From positions 1 to 64,000 of IMG/VR virus record IMGVR_UViG_3300014913_000011: 64,000 nt of DNA; one strand, 5' to 3'. This document shows, piece after piece, positions 11,901 to 20,651 of this stretch. Under the pieces are notes generated by a model. The model did no database searches and had not been told where the DNA came from. It worked only from the letters and a program-made list of their open reading frames with translations. The first letter of the stretch is position 1, and the number at the start of each line of letters is the position of its first letter. This stretch comes from a virus. Made by a program: the position numbers and the translations under genes.

Positions 11901-12212
11901 TGAATGCTTCTGGTTTATCTTAGATAGAGCTTCGGTATTTTTTGCTAGGGTGCCAAGCATCGAATTTGCTTTTCTAGTGTCTATGAAACCTGCCCCAGTT
12001 CCTCCCTTACTTCCAACTGCCGGACTAGAACCTGCTTGATGACTTGACTTGATCTTTGATACCTTACTACCTGCTCCTGCTAAGTTAGTTTGCAAGGCTC
12101 CTAAAGAAGTGGCTATCTTTTTGATTGACATCTCAAGTCTTTGTAATTTAGCTATAGCTGCAGTATCCATTACGTCAAGCTTAATTGAGAGAGTCTTCGA
12201 GTTTCCTGGCAT
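5934..12212 (-). CDS. Tail tape measure protein (TP901-family core)
   Basis: 2092 aa, helical and Ala/Gly-rich; VDKELAELNKV...FAQQG...TRAGGSRISRTIR core; hydrophobic segments; follows the chaperone genes. Confidence 0.92.
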   Translation of the reverse strand: MPGNSKTLSIKLDVMDTAAIAKLQRLEMSIKKIATSLGALQTNLAGAGSKVSKIKSSHQAGSSPAVGSKGGTGAGFIDTRKANSMLGTLAKNTEALSKINQKHSRELIGLSKSTRRANDALKSVPKSVAQIKTATTGGGSGGAGGGTPPGGGRGGFIGSTAGGDRAGGFGTRIKSVAEYAVASRVVMGTFEGLRSGFDTIVEVDKELAELNKVLATSTSMLDSLKKSAISTGKEFGNSVGEVLRGYRVFAQQGLPAEQVKERGRIVSLATNVSTLNAEGAAETITAGLKVYGKDVNNSAERLIDSFVAVESQNAVTAGDLSEVVKRVGAAAENAGISFDQLNAMTTVIQESTRAGGSRISRTIRFLTKNIFSTAAPTLKSVGVDIAGVGGDLKDAPEILADLAKVFPTLTKRQQRNVAVSTAGTRFVSEFLALMKNYSKVSVVAAQSQDAQGTAQERNAKIMQSLSKQASKTSTAFQGLALSVGAGLVKPLTTALRLAEKFASVLTEIGEFKIPVLDVTVGETAGTALTGTGSALLATYLGSKVLGGGAAAGGAAGGAAAGGGIAGAAGAAGAAATGVVSKLFSGAGKLVGADKLTKFFTGVAAKGGPFMKFLTGAGLILSRFIAPLAVITLGFAALSKILGRLTETSEERSQRTGVNAEIKSSKDLTSSIGEFRDKIKTIDERGALIKDRFTGKDSLERQRKAKEAGDISITEEDLSKQRKEAVKDFRSSIIKTVSGKEGLKIDGLKISDRNKVTFEGVEISTEAAESEEGMEAINKVATTLAKQTRLRTTTAVLGKQFDKFSEKIDSSDELKLLNDTTRKLSAKGFFTGQVDRKGTLNDLDAFDRTNLLDDEKRSKLQRTAFSSQANAAIGGLGTKGGFDAIVNEYVQKSFKLGGSGGGSSRSQLGVLLAKDLISENQDIADAASKAIAGEGLVGKKQRGELQAKGVISYAAGLNDIARDLEGRDSLEDTFGNLKDKLSVNDIIRFKGVEGRIQGEGDDRTFISRDTTAKSEKERLASVKTISLDELEKQLVGTKVSLTKVASAAEKLFSSFNNLATTGFGAGQAILGKDFKSGANSLLDFSDQLAGTFLKRTGDGGRDGTPKFNKGLRQFLTTAESERVRLRKEILDTSKDSVEIVDRGRDVGKKEASRQIEAVGLIAKAAEMFGSAVKSFESASQKLLKGRFDRQAKERAPISPREAKLFSGLEGSQARQLKIGKTLEQLGAGERAQIAAPNLFNAQANAQEAQGLIQGIKKNILGGMQNLGEIVSGAGIDTIKSIDIDTLDKILTGTKEGFGGEVGKESSKQAEDLKKIFNDLTSVEKGPQTPEQEKKLRTELFTKLTARFSELDTTVDSAANALTKILTINEPATATAQALSAVIVSAEKAQRAFEDMSTLPQFKGIEEALGKSPFSNLGPNAETFFRKGARGGPLQEIRSGEGKDKFEFQKSMARLLSSEGVQSGRVEIFDKNRNRVQAISAKERDERIQGINIEARKAGQSQTIEKSRGLLSSKFQQLLSTRGSLQNIIKTAGLSGKTNASLQGLISSLDSLANKPQESFINRRGQFKGGSFTALDNIPKQLQSIIGVTSRDAKGKIQALKLDSSSLSALASLMGKEAVAKLVGERFKQDPSTVSSKNLESMIESGQIDKETGQSEQDKRNEAKSKPVVEALKPQTTLLSQILKAIIGKEGSNPVSNVVNAVKDLYSNSEPSKQQAQSSSIQARRKFLEAQAKSQAEAQIKQQQAQAMNSSRGITSVNPTYIMDGNKLNESLSQNTVQPRGLETPLTGTFPANVEAKKRTNLLDRASSEKSALNDSLYTYTDKDGNKLATPEFRTKGPQSLYSTEDPQYNDEQRLNKLKAFTNSTRKLEQSKEVVKKPMEENKNTLNEIKKATENSSNVADLAAKERAAQGTDKKLEIDTDAISSAITGAFTDSGETLKTTLEKSQLVAKLDASFQQQLVAAIKEGLSANQGNNGTNGVGGKGANTADITAAYLDVENRYEEMSAKLDKINKDAGLNKAEFMNELVKTDEKIDRQVTNRELEKNSLNEDLVKLNQLDTNTISLAQGLVALYSQVNTLEAEVKGLQGAVTQVGNT

Positions 12213-13340
12213 CTATCTTTTGTTCCTGTTCTTTCTTCTACTTCGATTTCTATTTCTAATTTCTCTTGCTTCTTTTATCTCACTGTATTGACTTGAATCT
12301 GAGTCGTTAGCTATTCTACCTTTAATGATTTCTGGATCACTGTATACGTCATTCTTATGAAAAGATACATATTGATTCGACTCTGCAGTTACTACAACTT
12401 GATCCTTGTCCAATGCACTGGAGCTGAGATTTCCTCTAGATCTATTTTCTTTCTTTCTAGATACTTCTGCTTCTGCAGACATTCTTCTAGTATACTCTTC
12501 CATAAACTGGTCTAGTTTAGTATCATTTTCTATTACCTCATCAGAAGGTCTATCACTAGTTAACATCTCTGATATATTATTATAATACATTGTCCAAGAC
12601 ATTAGTTGTAGTAATAACATTGATACATCTTTTGCACTCACCTCTGTTAGATTAAATATTCCACTCTTTGCAGATAAATAAATTACCCTCCAATGACCGC
12701 TTCTTGCTATTTTTCTAACAATCTCGGTACTATATCCCCAATAAAAATCTAAAAATGCATTTAATAACTTATATACAAATTCAGCTGTGTTCTTCTCCAG
12801 AAGGTTATTATAATCTTCCCAGACTAATTTATTATCTAATGAATAAGTACATTGACTTAATAAGTACATATACTTTTCCTCTCTAGATTTGTACTCTGCA
12901 GAGTATTGGCTAGTACTTCCCTTTTTAATAAGTAATGACTCTTTTTCACTTTTTAAATTCTCGATCCCCTCTAAGTCCCTAATATAAATATCAGTTCCTT
13001 TTATTCTTTTCTTTAATACTAAGCTCAATCCCTCAATTTTTTTCTCCACTTCCTGAAGCCTTTCAGCCTCTTCTATAGAAAAAACTTCCTCAGCTAATTC
13101 TTCAGGAAGATTATCTTCAGATAAATACCCTTCTTCTAAAGCAATTTCAATTAGTTGGTTCTCAAGAAAAATGGAGCGTTGTCTTAGCTTATTTAAAGGA
13201 TACTTAAATATATAAGTATTATTATCAACTGAGACTACCCTCTCTCCAGACAATATCTCTCCAATAATTGTCTGCATCTTCTCCTCATCCAGCTCATCCA
13301 GCTCATCTAAACTGTTTAAATCTGTATCCACATATTCCAC
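12213..13340 (-). CDS. Tail assembly chaperone (long form)
   Basis: Directly upstream of the tape measure; similar to the 13347-14138 protein. Confidence 0.6.
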   Translation of the reverse strand: MEYVDTDLNSLDELDELDEEKMQTIIGEILSGERVVSVDNNTYIFKYPLNKLRQRSIFLENQLIEIALEEGYLSEDNLPEELAEEVFSIEEAERLQEVEKKIEGLSLVLKKRIKGTDIYIRDLEGIENLKSEKESLLIKKGSTSQYSAEYKSREEKYMYLLSQCTYSLDNKLVWEDYNNLLEKNTAEFVYKLLNAFLDFYWGYSTEIVRKIARSGHWRVIYLSAKSGIFNLTEVSAKDVSMLLLQLMSWTMYYNNISEMLTSDRPSDEVIENDTKLDQFMEEYTRRMSAEAEVSRKKENRSRGNLSSSALDKDQVVVTAESNQYVSFHKNDVYSDPEIIKGRIANDSDSSQYSEIKEAREIRNRNRSRRKNRNKR

Positions 13341-13346
13341 AGTTGT

Positions 13347-14138
13347 TTATTCCTTAACAACTATTTTCTTCTTTGCTGCTGCTGCTTTCTTCTTTGCTGC
13401 AGGTTTCTTCTTAGTTGTGGTTTTTTTCTTAGTAGAAGCCTTCCTAGTCACTTTCTTAATTACCTTTTTTTCTTTCTTAGCTTCTTCATTCTTTTTTAAC
13501 TCTTTAGCCTTCTCTTCTGCTACAGCCCTTAGCTCCTTTGCTTTCAAAATAGCCTTAGCTTCAGGTAATTCCTCCTGCCAAGTAGGGTCTAAATTATATT
13601 CCCAACAAATAAGCTGGTACTTACAGTGGTCAAAAAACTCATATGTATTAGTTTCTAGGAAGTCCTCATAACTTTCTGCTAGTCTATTACCTTTGGTGTC
13701 TCTAATCATTGCATATGCAAGGTAAGAATTTCTCTCCTCTTCTGCCATCTCATCACAAGTACTAGAAAATAGTGTCCGCATCATCTGTTCTTGATCTACT
13801 AGGTGTGCTCTATAAAGAGTAACTATATTAGATAAGCTTTCTAGGATATCTGGATCTTCAGTTATCTCTATTTCCTTCTCGGTTTCATTTATCTCATCTA
13901 CAACAGATTGTCTGCCTTCATTGAAATCTTTAAAAAATTCTGGATTATCTGCTTCAAGTTCTTTCTGCATTCTACTTCTAGTAAAGATTCCATCCTTTAA
14001 TCCCTGAGTAAATGCTTTATTATGTTTGAATTTTGCTTCTCTAACAGCTGCTGCTGAGGGTTCTATAAGAGTGTACTCCTCTTCTCCAAACTTAAATTTA
14101 CAAATTTCTTTTAATTTGCTAGTAGTTACCTTTTCCAT
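13347..14138 (-). CDS. Tail assembly chaperone with Lys/Ala-rich C-terminal tail
   Basis: Between the major tail protein and the tape measure. Confidence 0.6.
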   Translation of the reverse strand: MEKVTTSKLKEICKFKFGEEEYTLIEPSAAAVREAKFKHNKAFTQGLKDGIFTRSRMQKELEADNPEFFKDFNEGRQSVVDEINETEKEIEITEDPDILESLSNIVTLYRAHLVDQEQMMRTLFSSTCDEMAEEERNSYLAYAMIRDTKGNRLAESYEDFLETNTYEFFDHCKYQLICWEYNLDPTWQEELPEAKAILKAKELRAVAEEKAKELKKNEEAKKEKKVIKKVTRKASTKKKTTTKKKPAAKKKAAAAKKKIVVKE

Positions 14139-14436
14139 TTTTTCCTCTTCCTTTTCCTTTCCTTTTATAATCTATGTTATTAAGTCCTTTAGTACCTATT
14201 ATAACTACATCCTCACACTCAGTTGAGGGTGTATATTCTATATCATAATTTAAGTCTAAGTCTAATTCCATACTCCTTCGGATATCATTAGTGACACCCA
14301 GCACCTTTCTTCTAAATTGTTGATATTGATCTTTATTAGAAATAACAAGTTCAGCATAATCTAAAACTTGTTTTTGAATTGATTTAATCTCTTGTTTGAG
14401 TTTGGTCTTTAATTTTTCCTTTCCTTTGTCAGTCAA
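14119..14436 (-). CDS. Hypothetical protein (tail module)
   Basis: TTG start with GGAGG SD. Confidence 0.6.
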   Translation of the reverse strand: MTDKGKEKLKTKLKQEIKSIQKQVLDYAELVISNKDQYQQFRRKVLGVTNDIRRSMELDLDLNYDIEYTPSTECEDVVIIGTKGLNNIDYKRKGKGRGKNGKGNY

Positions 14437-14457
14437 ACTGATCCCCTCCAGTGTATC

Positions 14458-14489
14458 AAAGTAGGAGCCTCCATAAGAAAGACTCCTAC
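14458..14489 (-). terminator. Hairpin/terminator after the major tail gene
   Basis: GTAGGAGTCTT...GAGGCTCCTAC stem followed by a short T run. Confidence 0.6.
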
Positions 14490-14500
14490 CAGATAACTAT

Positions 14501-16768
14501 TTATTCACCTTGTGATTCAATTACTTTAACTACGTAATCAACATCAATAAAGCCTCTTACCACTGCTAGAGAATTGGTTCCTCTGTAAGAGAAACTTTGA
14601 GTTGCATTATCTCCTTGAGCTAAGCTATACTCCTCATCAGTAGGTCTAAGGTCTTGAAGTACAACAGTCTTTAACGGATATTCTCTAAGAGAGCCATCTG
14701 TTGCTGAGTATACTTCTCTAACGCCATCTACATAGTATTCGTCACCGAACATATCAGGTGCGAGAACTCTACGGTTACGTCCATTCCCACCAGCTTCTTT
14801 ATCAGTCTGCTGGTAGATTTGGGCTACTAGAACCATGTTGTCTTTTGCAAGAAGGTCAGCTAAATCCAAGTCTGTCAATGTTCCAGCCTTGTACTTATTT
14901 TCCTTGCCAGCAAATTTGGCAAATAATTCTAAATCACCTGCTGTAGTTTCCATAGCCACTGTAAACTCAATTGGTAGAGTTAACGGTCTTGCATATGGAT
15001 CTAAGTGACCAAGTTCTTTCAGAGCCTCTCTGGAGAGATCTGCTGAAATATCTACTGATTGAAGTCTCAGTGACAATTCATAATCACCAATTCTCATAGT
15101 AGAATTTACGGTAGGTTCTGCACTAACTAATACTTGACCACCATCGTCTGCTACATCTGATAAGGGAGCTGCTAGAGTAATTTCACTTCCAACAACTGCT
15201 GCAATAGTAGAGGATTCAAGACTTCCACTTACTGCTACTTCTATATCAGAACCAACATATTCTGCAGTTACTGAACATGCATCTGCAACAAATACTCCTG
15301 AAGCAGTAGATACTTGATCTAAGTCCTCAGATAATGAAATAGATGCCCAATCAGCTCCTCCTAAGGTTAGTGTTCCATTGTTATAATCACCTGCCAGTAC
15401 GTTACTAGCTGCTACGATTTCACGAGCTGGACCACCTACACCTGGACCTGCAGTTATTACAACTGGTAATCCTATGAAGTTAGTTAGGTCAATACTGTTA
15501 GCTACAGTATCATTAAATGTAATTTCGTCTGCTAAGATTGTTGCACCAGTTAAGGCTGCTGAGAGGATTAAATCTGGATCTACCAAATAAATCTCTACTT
15601 GACCTTGACGTGTTCCACCAATATCTTCAACATCCTCTGTTCCGATAGGAGCAAAGTATTTAGCATTTACATATGTTGCTTCTTTAGCACTCTCATCTGC
15701 GAAAGCATCAGCAGCATATACCACACTAATTTTATCTCCAGTCTCAAAGCTTGCTCTTCCTGCAGGAAGTACTTCATCCAATGAATCAGCTAAACCATTA
15801 GCAAAAAATTGCAGTTCGTTGGTTATACTGTCATAAATGAAGTATTCTACTACATTACTAGGAATACAAGCGACACTATTGAATACGGGAACTAGTTTTA
15901 CTTCTGGTTGAGTTAATCCACCAAGTCTAGCAAATCTGAAGTGAACAGCTGGTTGACCAGTCTCGTCTCTTTTCATAAATGCTAAAGAAGTATCTTCTAA
16001 AGTTGCCACAGTATTAGCAGTATCTAGAGCTAATGTTAGCTCAGTTTTTGCATTCATTGTTACTGCAGAAAATTGATCAGCAAGATCACCTACAAGCCAC
16101 TCTTCCCAAGAAACAAATCTAGCAGAGTTTAGTAACCAAGTCTTAGTCTCAGTTTCTCCACCATAATTTTCAGAAGAAGTATCGTCTGAACTATAACTTA
16201 AGTCCATTGAATTAACGAATACATCACTCAAATATTTTGTAAAGTCAACATCGGCGTTAGCTGTTCCTAGAGAACACTCGCCTTGTATTGGGCTATAAAT
16301 TTCTAACCCACCTGGTACACACTCTTTACCAAAATCTGGCAGATATACACCATGAAAATACCTTAAAGCATTTCCACCTGATACATCTCTAACTACTACG
16401 TTAGCAGATCCTGTAGAACCGGATGTTTGTGGTCCTGCACCAATATCTCCAGTGCTAGTATCTTCACCATTAACTTCACCAGTAAATGTTAGACCATCTA
16501 TTTGTCTAATATTATCGTTTAAGTTATGTGTTGGTACTTTTGCAAGCGTGGCCATTGTATAGATTGAACCGTAGTCCATTCCCTCCAAAGTTACAGTTAC
16601 TTCAGGAGCATCATCAACAACATCAGTTAAGTTTAACTGACCTATTTGAAACATATCAGTTGTATTGAAAGTAGTTGAACTTCCAAACGTTTGAATTCTG
16701 TAAAGGATGCGTCCTTCTGCAAAAACTGACTGAGAAGCATAAATTATCCTATTCCTTCTATTAGCCAT
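14501..16768 (-). CDS. Major tail (tube) protein with inserted domains
   Basis: Starts NRIIYASQSVF; RLQSVDISADLSREALKELG...PYARPLTLPIEFTV tube-like segment; strong SD; followed by a terminator, chaperones and the tape measure. Confidence 0.7.
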   Translation of the reverse strand: MANRRNRIIYASQSVFAEGRILYRIQTFGSSTTFNTTDMFQIGQLNLTDVVDDAPEVTVTLEGMDYGSIYTMATLAKVPTHNLNDNIRQIDGLTFTGEVNGEDTSTGDIGAGPQTSGSTGSANVVVRDVSGGNALRYFHGVYLPDFGKECVPGGLEIYSPIQGECSLGTANADVDFTKYLSDVFVNSMDLSYSSDDTSSENYGGETETKTWLLNSARFVSWEEWLVGDLADQFSAVTMNAKTELTLALDTANTVATLEDTSLAFMKRDETGQPAVHFRFARLGGLTQPEVKLVPVFNSVACIPSNVVEYFIYDSITNELQFFANGLADSLDEVLPAGRASFETGDKISVVYAADAFADESAKEATYVNAKYFAPIGTEDVEDIGGTRQGQVEIYLVDPDLILSAALTGATILADEITFNDTVANSIDLTNFIGLPVVITAGPGVGGPAREIVAASNVLAGDYNNGTLTLGGADWASISLSEDLDQVSTASGVFVADACSVTAEYVGSDIEVAVSGSLESSTIAAVVGSEITLAAPLSDVADDGGQVLVSAEPTVNSTMRIGDYELSLRLQSVDISADLSREALKELGHLDPYARPLTLPIEFTVAMETTAGDLELFAKFAGKENKYKAGTLTDLDLADLLAKDNMVLVAQIYQQTDKEAGGNGRNRRVLAPDMFGDEYYVDGVREVYSATDGSLREYPLKTVVLQDLRPTDEEYSLAQGDNATQSFSYRGTNSLAVVRGFIDVDYVVKVIESQGE

Positions 16769-16807
16769 TTAGTTAATTTCTCCTTTTTATCATACTAGTA
16801 TGCGTAT

Positions 16808-17872
16808 CTAAGACGAGTAATTCTTTAATACTAGAGAATCAAATCCACCTGGAGGTGGCTTGAGTCCACTGAATTTACCTACTAGATCTGGATCCCGATC
16901 ACTGTAAGTTCTAGTCTTAAACACAATTTTCCCCATGTGCCTTGTAATGTCAGATCGAGAAGATCTGGCAAACGCATCATGTTGGACCTCTATATTGACA
17001 AAGTACAAACTTTGGCCATTACCTGGGTTCAAAGTCAAATAACTTCGATAGGTCTGACCATCATAAGCTATGTCTTGTATAAAGTCTTCATTCACTACTC
17101 CCCACTGTTTTAGTGGTTCACCTATGCGATTGAAGTCTATTACCGGAGCACTTCTATTATATAAAGCATTCTTTAATAAATTCAGTATATTACGCTTTTC
17201 GGCGTTGTTGGAAGCAAATATATCTATTGCGTATTTATTGTGGTATTCTGCTCCAGGTCCTATCTGTAGTCCTTCAGTATTTTCGTTCATTGGATATATA
17301 CATACAATTGGTAAGGTTGATGGATCACTGTCTGTAGGATATCCATCATATAAGGAGACCATGTGAAATCTATGATCTATACTTGTTGGTATTTTAGTTA
17401 AGGCTACTCCACTTGGAGTAGTATTAGATGGCCACCTTATTCTACAGTCTTTATAGTCCACTCTATAATAATCTCTTGGAATAACATCATCATTTTGGTC
17501 TCTTACTATAATTAAAGAACTTTCTCTTTCAGTTGGAATTGAGTATGGTGTGTTATAGAACTCTGTTCCATAAGTTGAAACAAATCCACTAGTAGTTTTA
17601 TCATAAATTTCGCATGGATTTATATCTGACAGTTCAAAGCTTAGCCATCCACGGCCCTTAGTGGACTGTAAATCGCCGTAGGCGCTATCTTCTGAATTTA
17701 TCAGGTAAACCCTGGCTGCTGCATTTCCGTCCACTCCTGGACGTATATCACGCTTTAATGTATCATTCTGAACCTCGACTGAGAATTCGTGTGCTAGTAC
17801 ACCTTCTTTTAAGTAATGAAATATTGATTGAAATTCAAGTTCTGATCTCTCTAACATAGAGAGTTGTACCAC
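16808..17872 (-). CDS. Putative tail terminator/neck protein
   Basis: LQIG...YAIDIFASNNAEKRNI tail-completion-like pattern; upstream of the tube gene. Confidence 0.55.
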   Translation of the reverse strand: MVQLSMLERSELEFQSIFHYLKEGVLAHEFSVEVQNDTLKRDIRPGVDGNAAARVYLINSEDSAYGDLQSTKGRGWLSFELSDINPCEIYDKTTSGFVSTYGTEFYNTPYSIPTERESSLIIVRDQNDDVIPRDYYRVDYKDCRIRWPSNTTPSGVALTKIPTSIDHRFHMVSLYDGYPTDSDPSTLPIVCIYPMNENTEGLQIGPGAEYHNKYAIDIFASNNAEKRNILNLLKNALYNRSAPVIDFNRIGEPLKQWGVVNEDFIQDIAYDGQTYRSYLTLNPGNGQSLYFVNIEVQHDAFARSSRSDITRHMGKIVFKTRTYSDRDPDLVGKFSGLKPPPGGFDSLVLKNYSS

Positions 17873-17887
17873 CTTATGGTCTTATTT

Positions 17888-18259
17888 TTATAATAATGCT
17901 GGTAAAAATTTAATAAGTGCAAGTACAACACTCCCTGTAACAGCATACCAAGTGATCCTTTTGAGTCCCTTGTTTTTTTCCTTATACTTTATTACGTCCT
18001 GCCTAGCTGTAATTACTTCTTTAGTTAAGTTATTGATTTTCTTATCTTTATGTTCAATCTCATCATATAAATCTTTCACTAATTTCTCACAATTACTTAA
18101 TAAATCAAGATCTCTCTCTGAAGCATCAAGTAATGTTATAATATCAACAGCATCACTACCACTAACACATACAACATCTTCAGCATATACCCTACAAGGT
18201 ACAAAAAGCAGTAACAAAAATACTACACTTAATATAAAGTACTGTTTTAACATATTCAT
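17888..18259 (-). CDS. Spanin-like protein (signal peptide, coiled coil, C-terminal TM)
   Basis: Hydrophobic N- and C-termini around a coiled coil; overlaps the upstream gene by 4 nt. Confidence 0.45.
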   Translation of the reverse strand: MNMLKQYFILSVVFLLLLFVPCRVYAEDVVCVSGSDAVDIITLLDASERDLDLLSNCEKLVKDLYDEIEHKDKKINNLTKEVITARQDVIKYKEKNKGLKRITWYAVTGSVVLALIKFLPALL

Positions 18260-18687
18260 TTAATGGACCTCTTCCGCATCAATCTCTTTTTATATCCTAG
18301 TAATAAATTTCTCTTTTGTTCCAGAGATAGGTTGGAAAGTTTGCTTCTAAGTTCCCTATTCAGCCTTTCAGCATCTTCCTTATTTGACTGTAACTTATTC
18401 AATTTTCTCTGTAATTCTAAAGTTCTTGTTTGTTCCATTACTAAGTCGTCTTGTAATTCTACTATCCTAGCCTTATCTACTTGCTCTCTTAAACTATCTA
18501 TTTGCAACTTATAGTAATAACCACTGAACATTATTACAAAAAATAGAAATACAGATACTTTATTTGTAAACATCCACTTTAATATAAGTCCAGTAGCTGT
18601 AGAATTTTCAATGTTAACAATATTTTGCGCTCGTTTCTTCTCTGCAAACTCTCCTAGTTTCTTAGTCGTATTTTCTAGTTTATTCAT
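18256..18687 (-). CDS. i-spanin-like protein (TM plus coiled coil)
   Basis: VSVFLFFVIMFSGYYY TM followed by a long coiled coil. Confidence 0.5.
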   Translation of the reverse strand: MNKLENTTKKLGEFAEKKRAQNIVNIENSTATGLILKWMFTNKVSVFLFFVIMFSGYYYKLQIDSLREQVDKARIVELQDDLVMEQTRTLELQRKLNKLQSNKEDAERLNRELRSKLSNLSLEQKRNLLLGYKKRLMRKRSIK

Positions 18688-18692
18688 AATTA

Positions 18693-19091
18693 TTAACTCT
18701 TAGGAAGGAATTTCTTCAATCCTCCATCCTCTATATCTTTTCTATCCATTTTATTTATTAATACTTTCTCTTTACTTGCATCGTTCCAATCACCAAAACC
18801 CTTTATTGCTATTATAGCGACTAATACACTAATACCGAAAGTAGATACATGTCCCAAAGTAGAATCAAACAACACCTTCTGTGCGTTAGACAGTAGCTCT
18901 GCAAGTTGTTTACTATCAATATATCCACTATCATGTAACTCTGTAATTACCCTAACAGTAGTATCAAGACTTCTCTGAACACTTAACCAAGCTCCAACAA
19001 GAAGTATAGTCAGTGTTACAAAAGACATAACTTTAAAGGATATCAACATCCACATCAACTTAGAGAGCCACTGCTTAACGCTTAGAAACAT
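18693..19091 (-). CDS. Holin-like membrane protein
   Basis: Two hydrophobic helices and a charged C-terminus; next to the spanin-like genes. Confidence 0.5.
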   Translation of the reverse strand: MFLSVKQWLSKLMWMLISFKVMSFVTLTILLVGAWLSVQRSLDTTVRVITELHDSGYIDSKQLAELLSNAQKVLFDSTLGHVSTFGISVLVAIIAIKGFGDWNDASKEKVLINKMDRKDIEDGGLKKFLPKS

Positions 19092-19095
19092 ACTA

Positions 19096-20277
19096 CTAGT
19101 ATCCTTTAGCTCTTAATTTCTGTATTCTCAGGTCTACAGCATTAATTAGATCCTGCTTTCCTTGATTACGTAAAACACTTTTTGCTACTTTCAGAGTGCC
19201 ATAATCAGTACATTTATTAATACTTTCAATGGCTTCCTTTGTAGTAGCTGCTCTTATAATATGATCCTGTGTAATTGTTTCTGGTGTAGCTGTACCTTGA
19301 AATACTTGAGTACCTTTCCCAGTAGTTATTACTTGATCTACACTCCTAGCGGTTGATTGTAAATTGTCGCCAGTTATTACCTGAACTCTGTCTCCATTTG
19401 CGCCTTCAGCTGTGACAACTGGTCCTGGGCCACTTATTGAGCTAATACTCTCAACTGTTTCGGAACTTGGTTCAGTTATTTCTACAACTTTGTGAGTAAC
19501 TGGTACCTCTTGTGTTGTAATAACACCTGTTTGTCCAGTTGAAACTACTTCAGTTAGGGAAGCATTTGGATTTGGTGCTGGATTAGCCATAAATGAGTTA
19601 GGCTGTTCAATCTCTATTACATTAATTTCGCTACTTTCGTCTGGAATATTTTGAACAGGTGTTACAGCATAGCTATTACCATTAAGCTGTGTATAACTAT
19701 TAGTATCTAGATCATCCCCAGTCATTACATTATCATCAATGTACTGATTCTTATTCATCTCTTTCACAGACTGTACAGACATAGCCTTTGACGTGCTCAT
19801 ATCAGGTGTATCTACTACTACTTGTCCTTCTAGGCTTTTCTCTGAATTCACTGCCGATGTAGTTTGTTTTACTATCTCTGGCACTGGTTTAGTATGGACT
19901 GTATTTACTTGACTCTTACGAAGTGCCTCCATAGCCTGTTCCTGGGAGTCTGCTACTTGTACCTCTCCCGATTCTACTAACTCTACTTCTGGCTCCGCTG
20001 ATTTTAGTACTTCTTCACTGACAGTTTTATTTTGATAGAATCCCCTATCGAAATGTGCTACAAACTTACCTTTAAATCTGTCTAAATATTTACCTTGTAA
20101 CCAAACTACGAATTCTTCTCCACATTCTTTGACAGGGCTGCGATCTTTAAAAAACTTAAATATGCTGGTTAATGGAATATCTCTGTATTCCTTCCCAATA
20201 CCTGGGTGCCAGTCATGCCCCAACGCCCTAACAGGACTATTACCATGATATCTTATAAAACTTCTATCTTTTGCCAT
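19096..20277 (-). CDS. Hypothetical protein with long T/V/S/E-rich low-complexity centre
   Basis: 393-aa ORF tightly packed in the late operon. Confidence 0.75.
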   Translation of the reverse strand: MAKDRSFIRYHGNSPVRALGHDWHPGIGKEYRDIPLTSIFKFFKDRSPVKECGEEFVVWLQGKYLDRFKGKFVAHFDRGFYQNKTVSEEVLKSAEPEVELVESGEVQVADSQEQAMEALRKSQVNTVHTKPVPEIVKQTTSAVNSEKSLEGQVVVDTPDMSTSKAMSVQSVKEMNKNQYIDDNVMTGDDLDTNSYTQLNGNSYAVTPVQNIPDESSEINVIEIEQPNSFMANPAPNPNASLTEVVSTGQTGVITTQEVPVTHKVVEITEPSSETVESISSISGPGPVVTAEGANGDRVQVITGDNLQSTARSVDQVITTGKGTQVFQGTATPETITQDHIIRAATTKEAIESINKCTDYGTLKVAKSVLRNQGKQDLINAVDLRIQKLRAKGY

Positions 20278-20282
20278 TTAAT

Positions 20283-20645
20283 TTACTCCTCTGTAAAAAT
20301 ATTAATATATCTACGATCTTTATCCTTATCAAAATACTTATCAATAGCGCCATGAAGTATGTTGCTTAACCTATGCAGTATAATCCAAGAAAGTAAAAAA
20401 TTAACATAAGAGGGACATCCCTCTATTAAATTTAAATCAGGATCAATATTAACATTAAAACAAACTAGTACATTCAATGAAACCCAAAAAGAAAAACAAT
20501 ATCCACAAGATAGTAATTCATTTAAGAAATTACAAGAATCTTTCAATAAAGTCCTGAGTTTATCAAACAAGCCTGCATTTAATATAGCATAAGTTATCGC
20601 TTCTATTGCGATAACCAATAATACTATATCACAAAATACTTTCAT
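20283..20645 (-). CDS. DUF1360-like membrane protein with CxxC
   Basis: ELLSCGYCFSFWVS motif, hydrophobic helices. Confidence 0.65.
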   Translation of the reverse strand: MKVFCDIVLLVIAIEAITYAILNAGLFDKLRTLLKDSCNFLNELLSCGYCFSFWVSLNVLVCFNVNIDPDLNLIEGCPSYVNFLLSWIILHRLSNILHGAIDKYFDKDKDRRYINIFTEE

Positions 20646-20651
20646 GTATAT

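Noticed and set aside
7294-12291. Long plus-strand ORFs (up to 340 aa) opposite the tape measure
   Set aside because: Antisense shadows of a strongly biased coding sequence; Ser/Leu/Pro-rich with no recognisable motifs.
13341-13349. Stop-codon readthrough or frameshift joining the tail chaperones
   Set aside because: The stop is TAA, the downstream GTG has its own AAGGA SD, and in-frame spacing occurs by chance one time in three.
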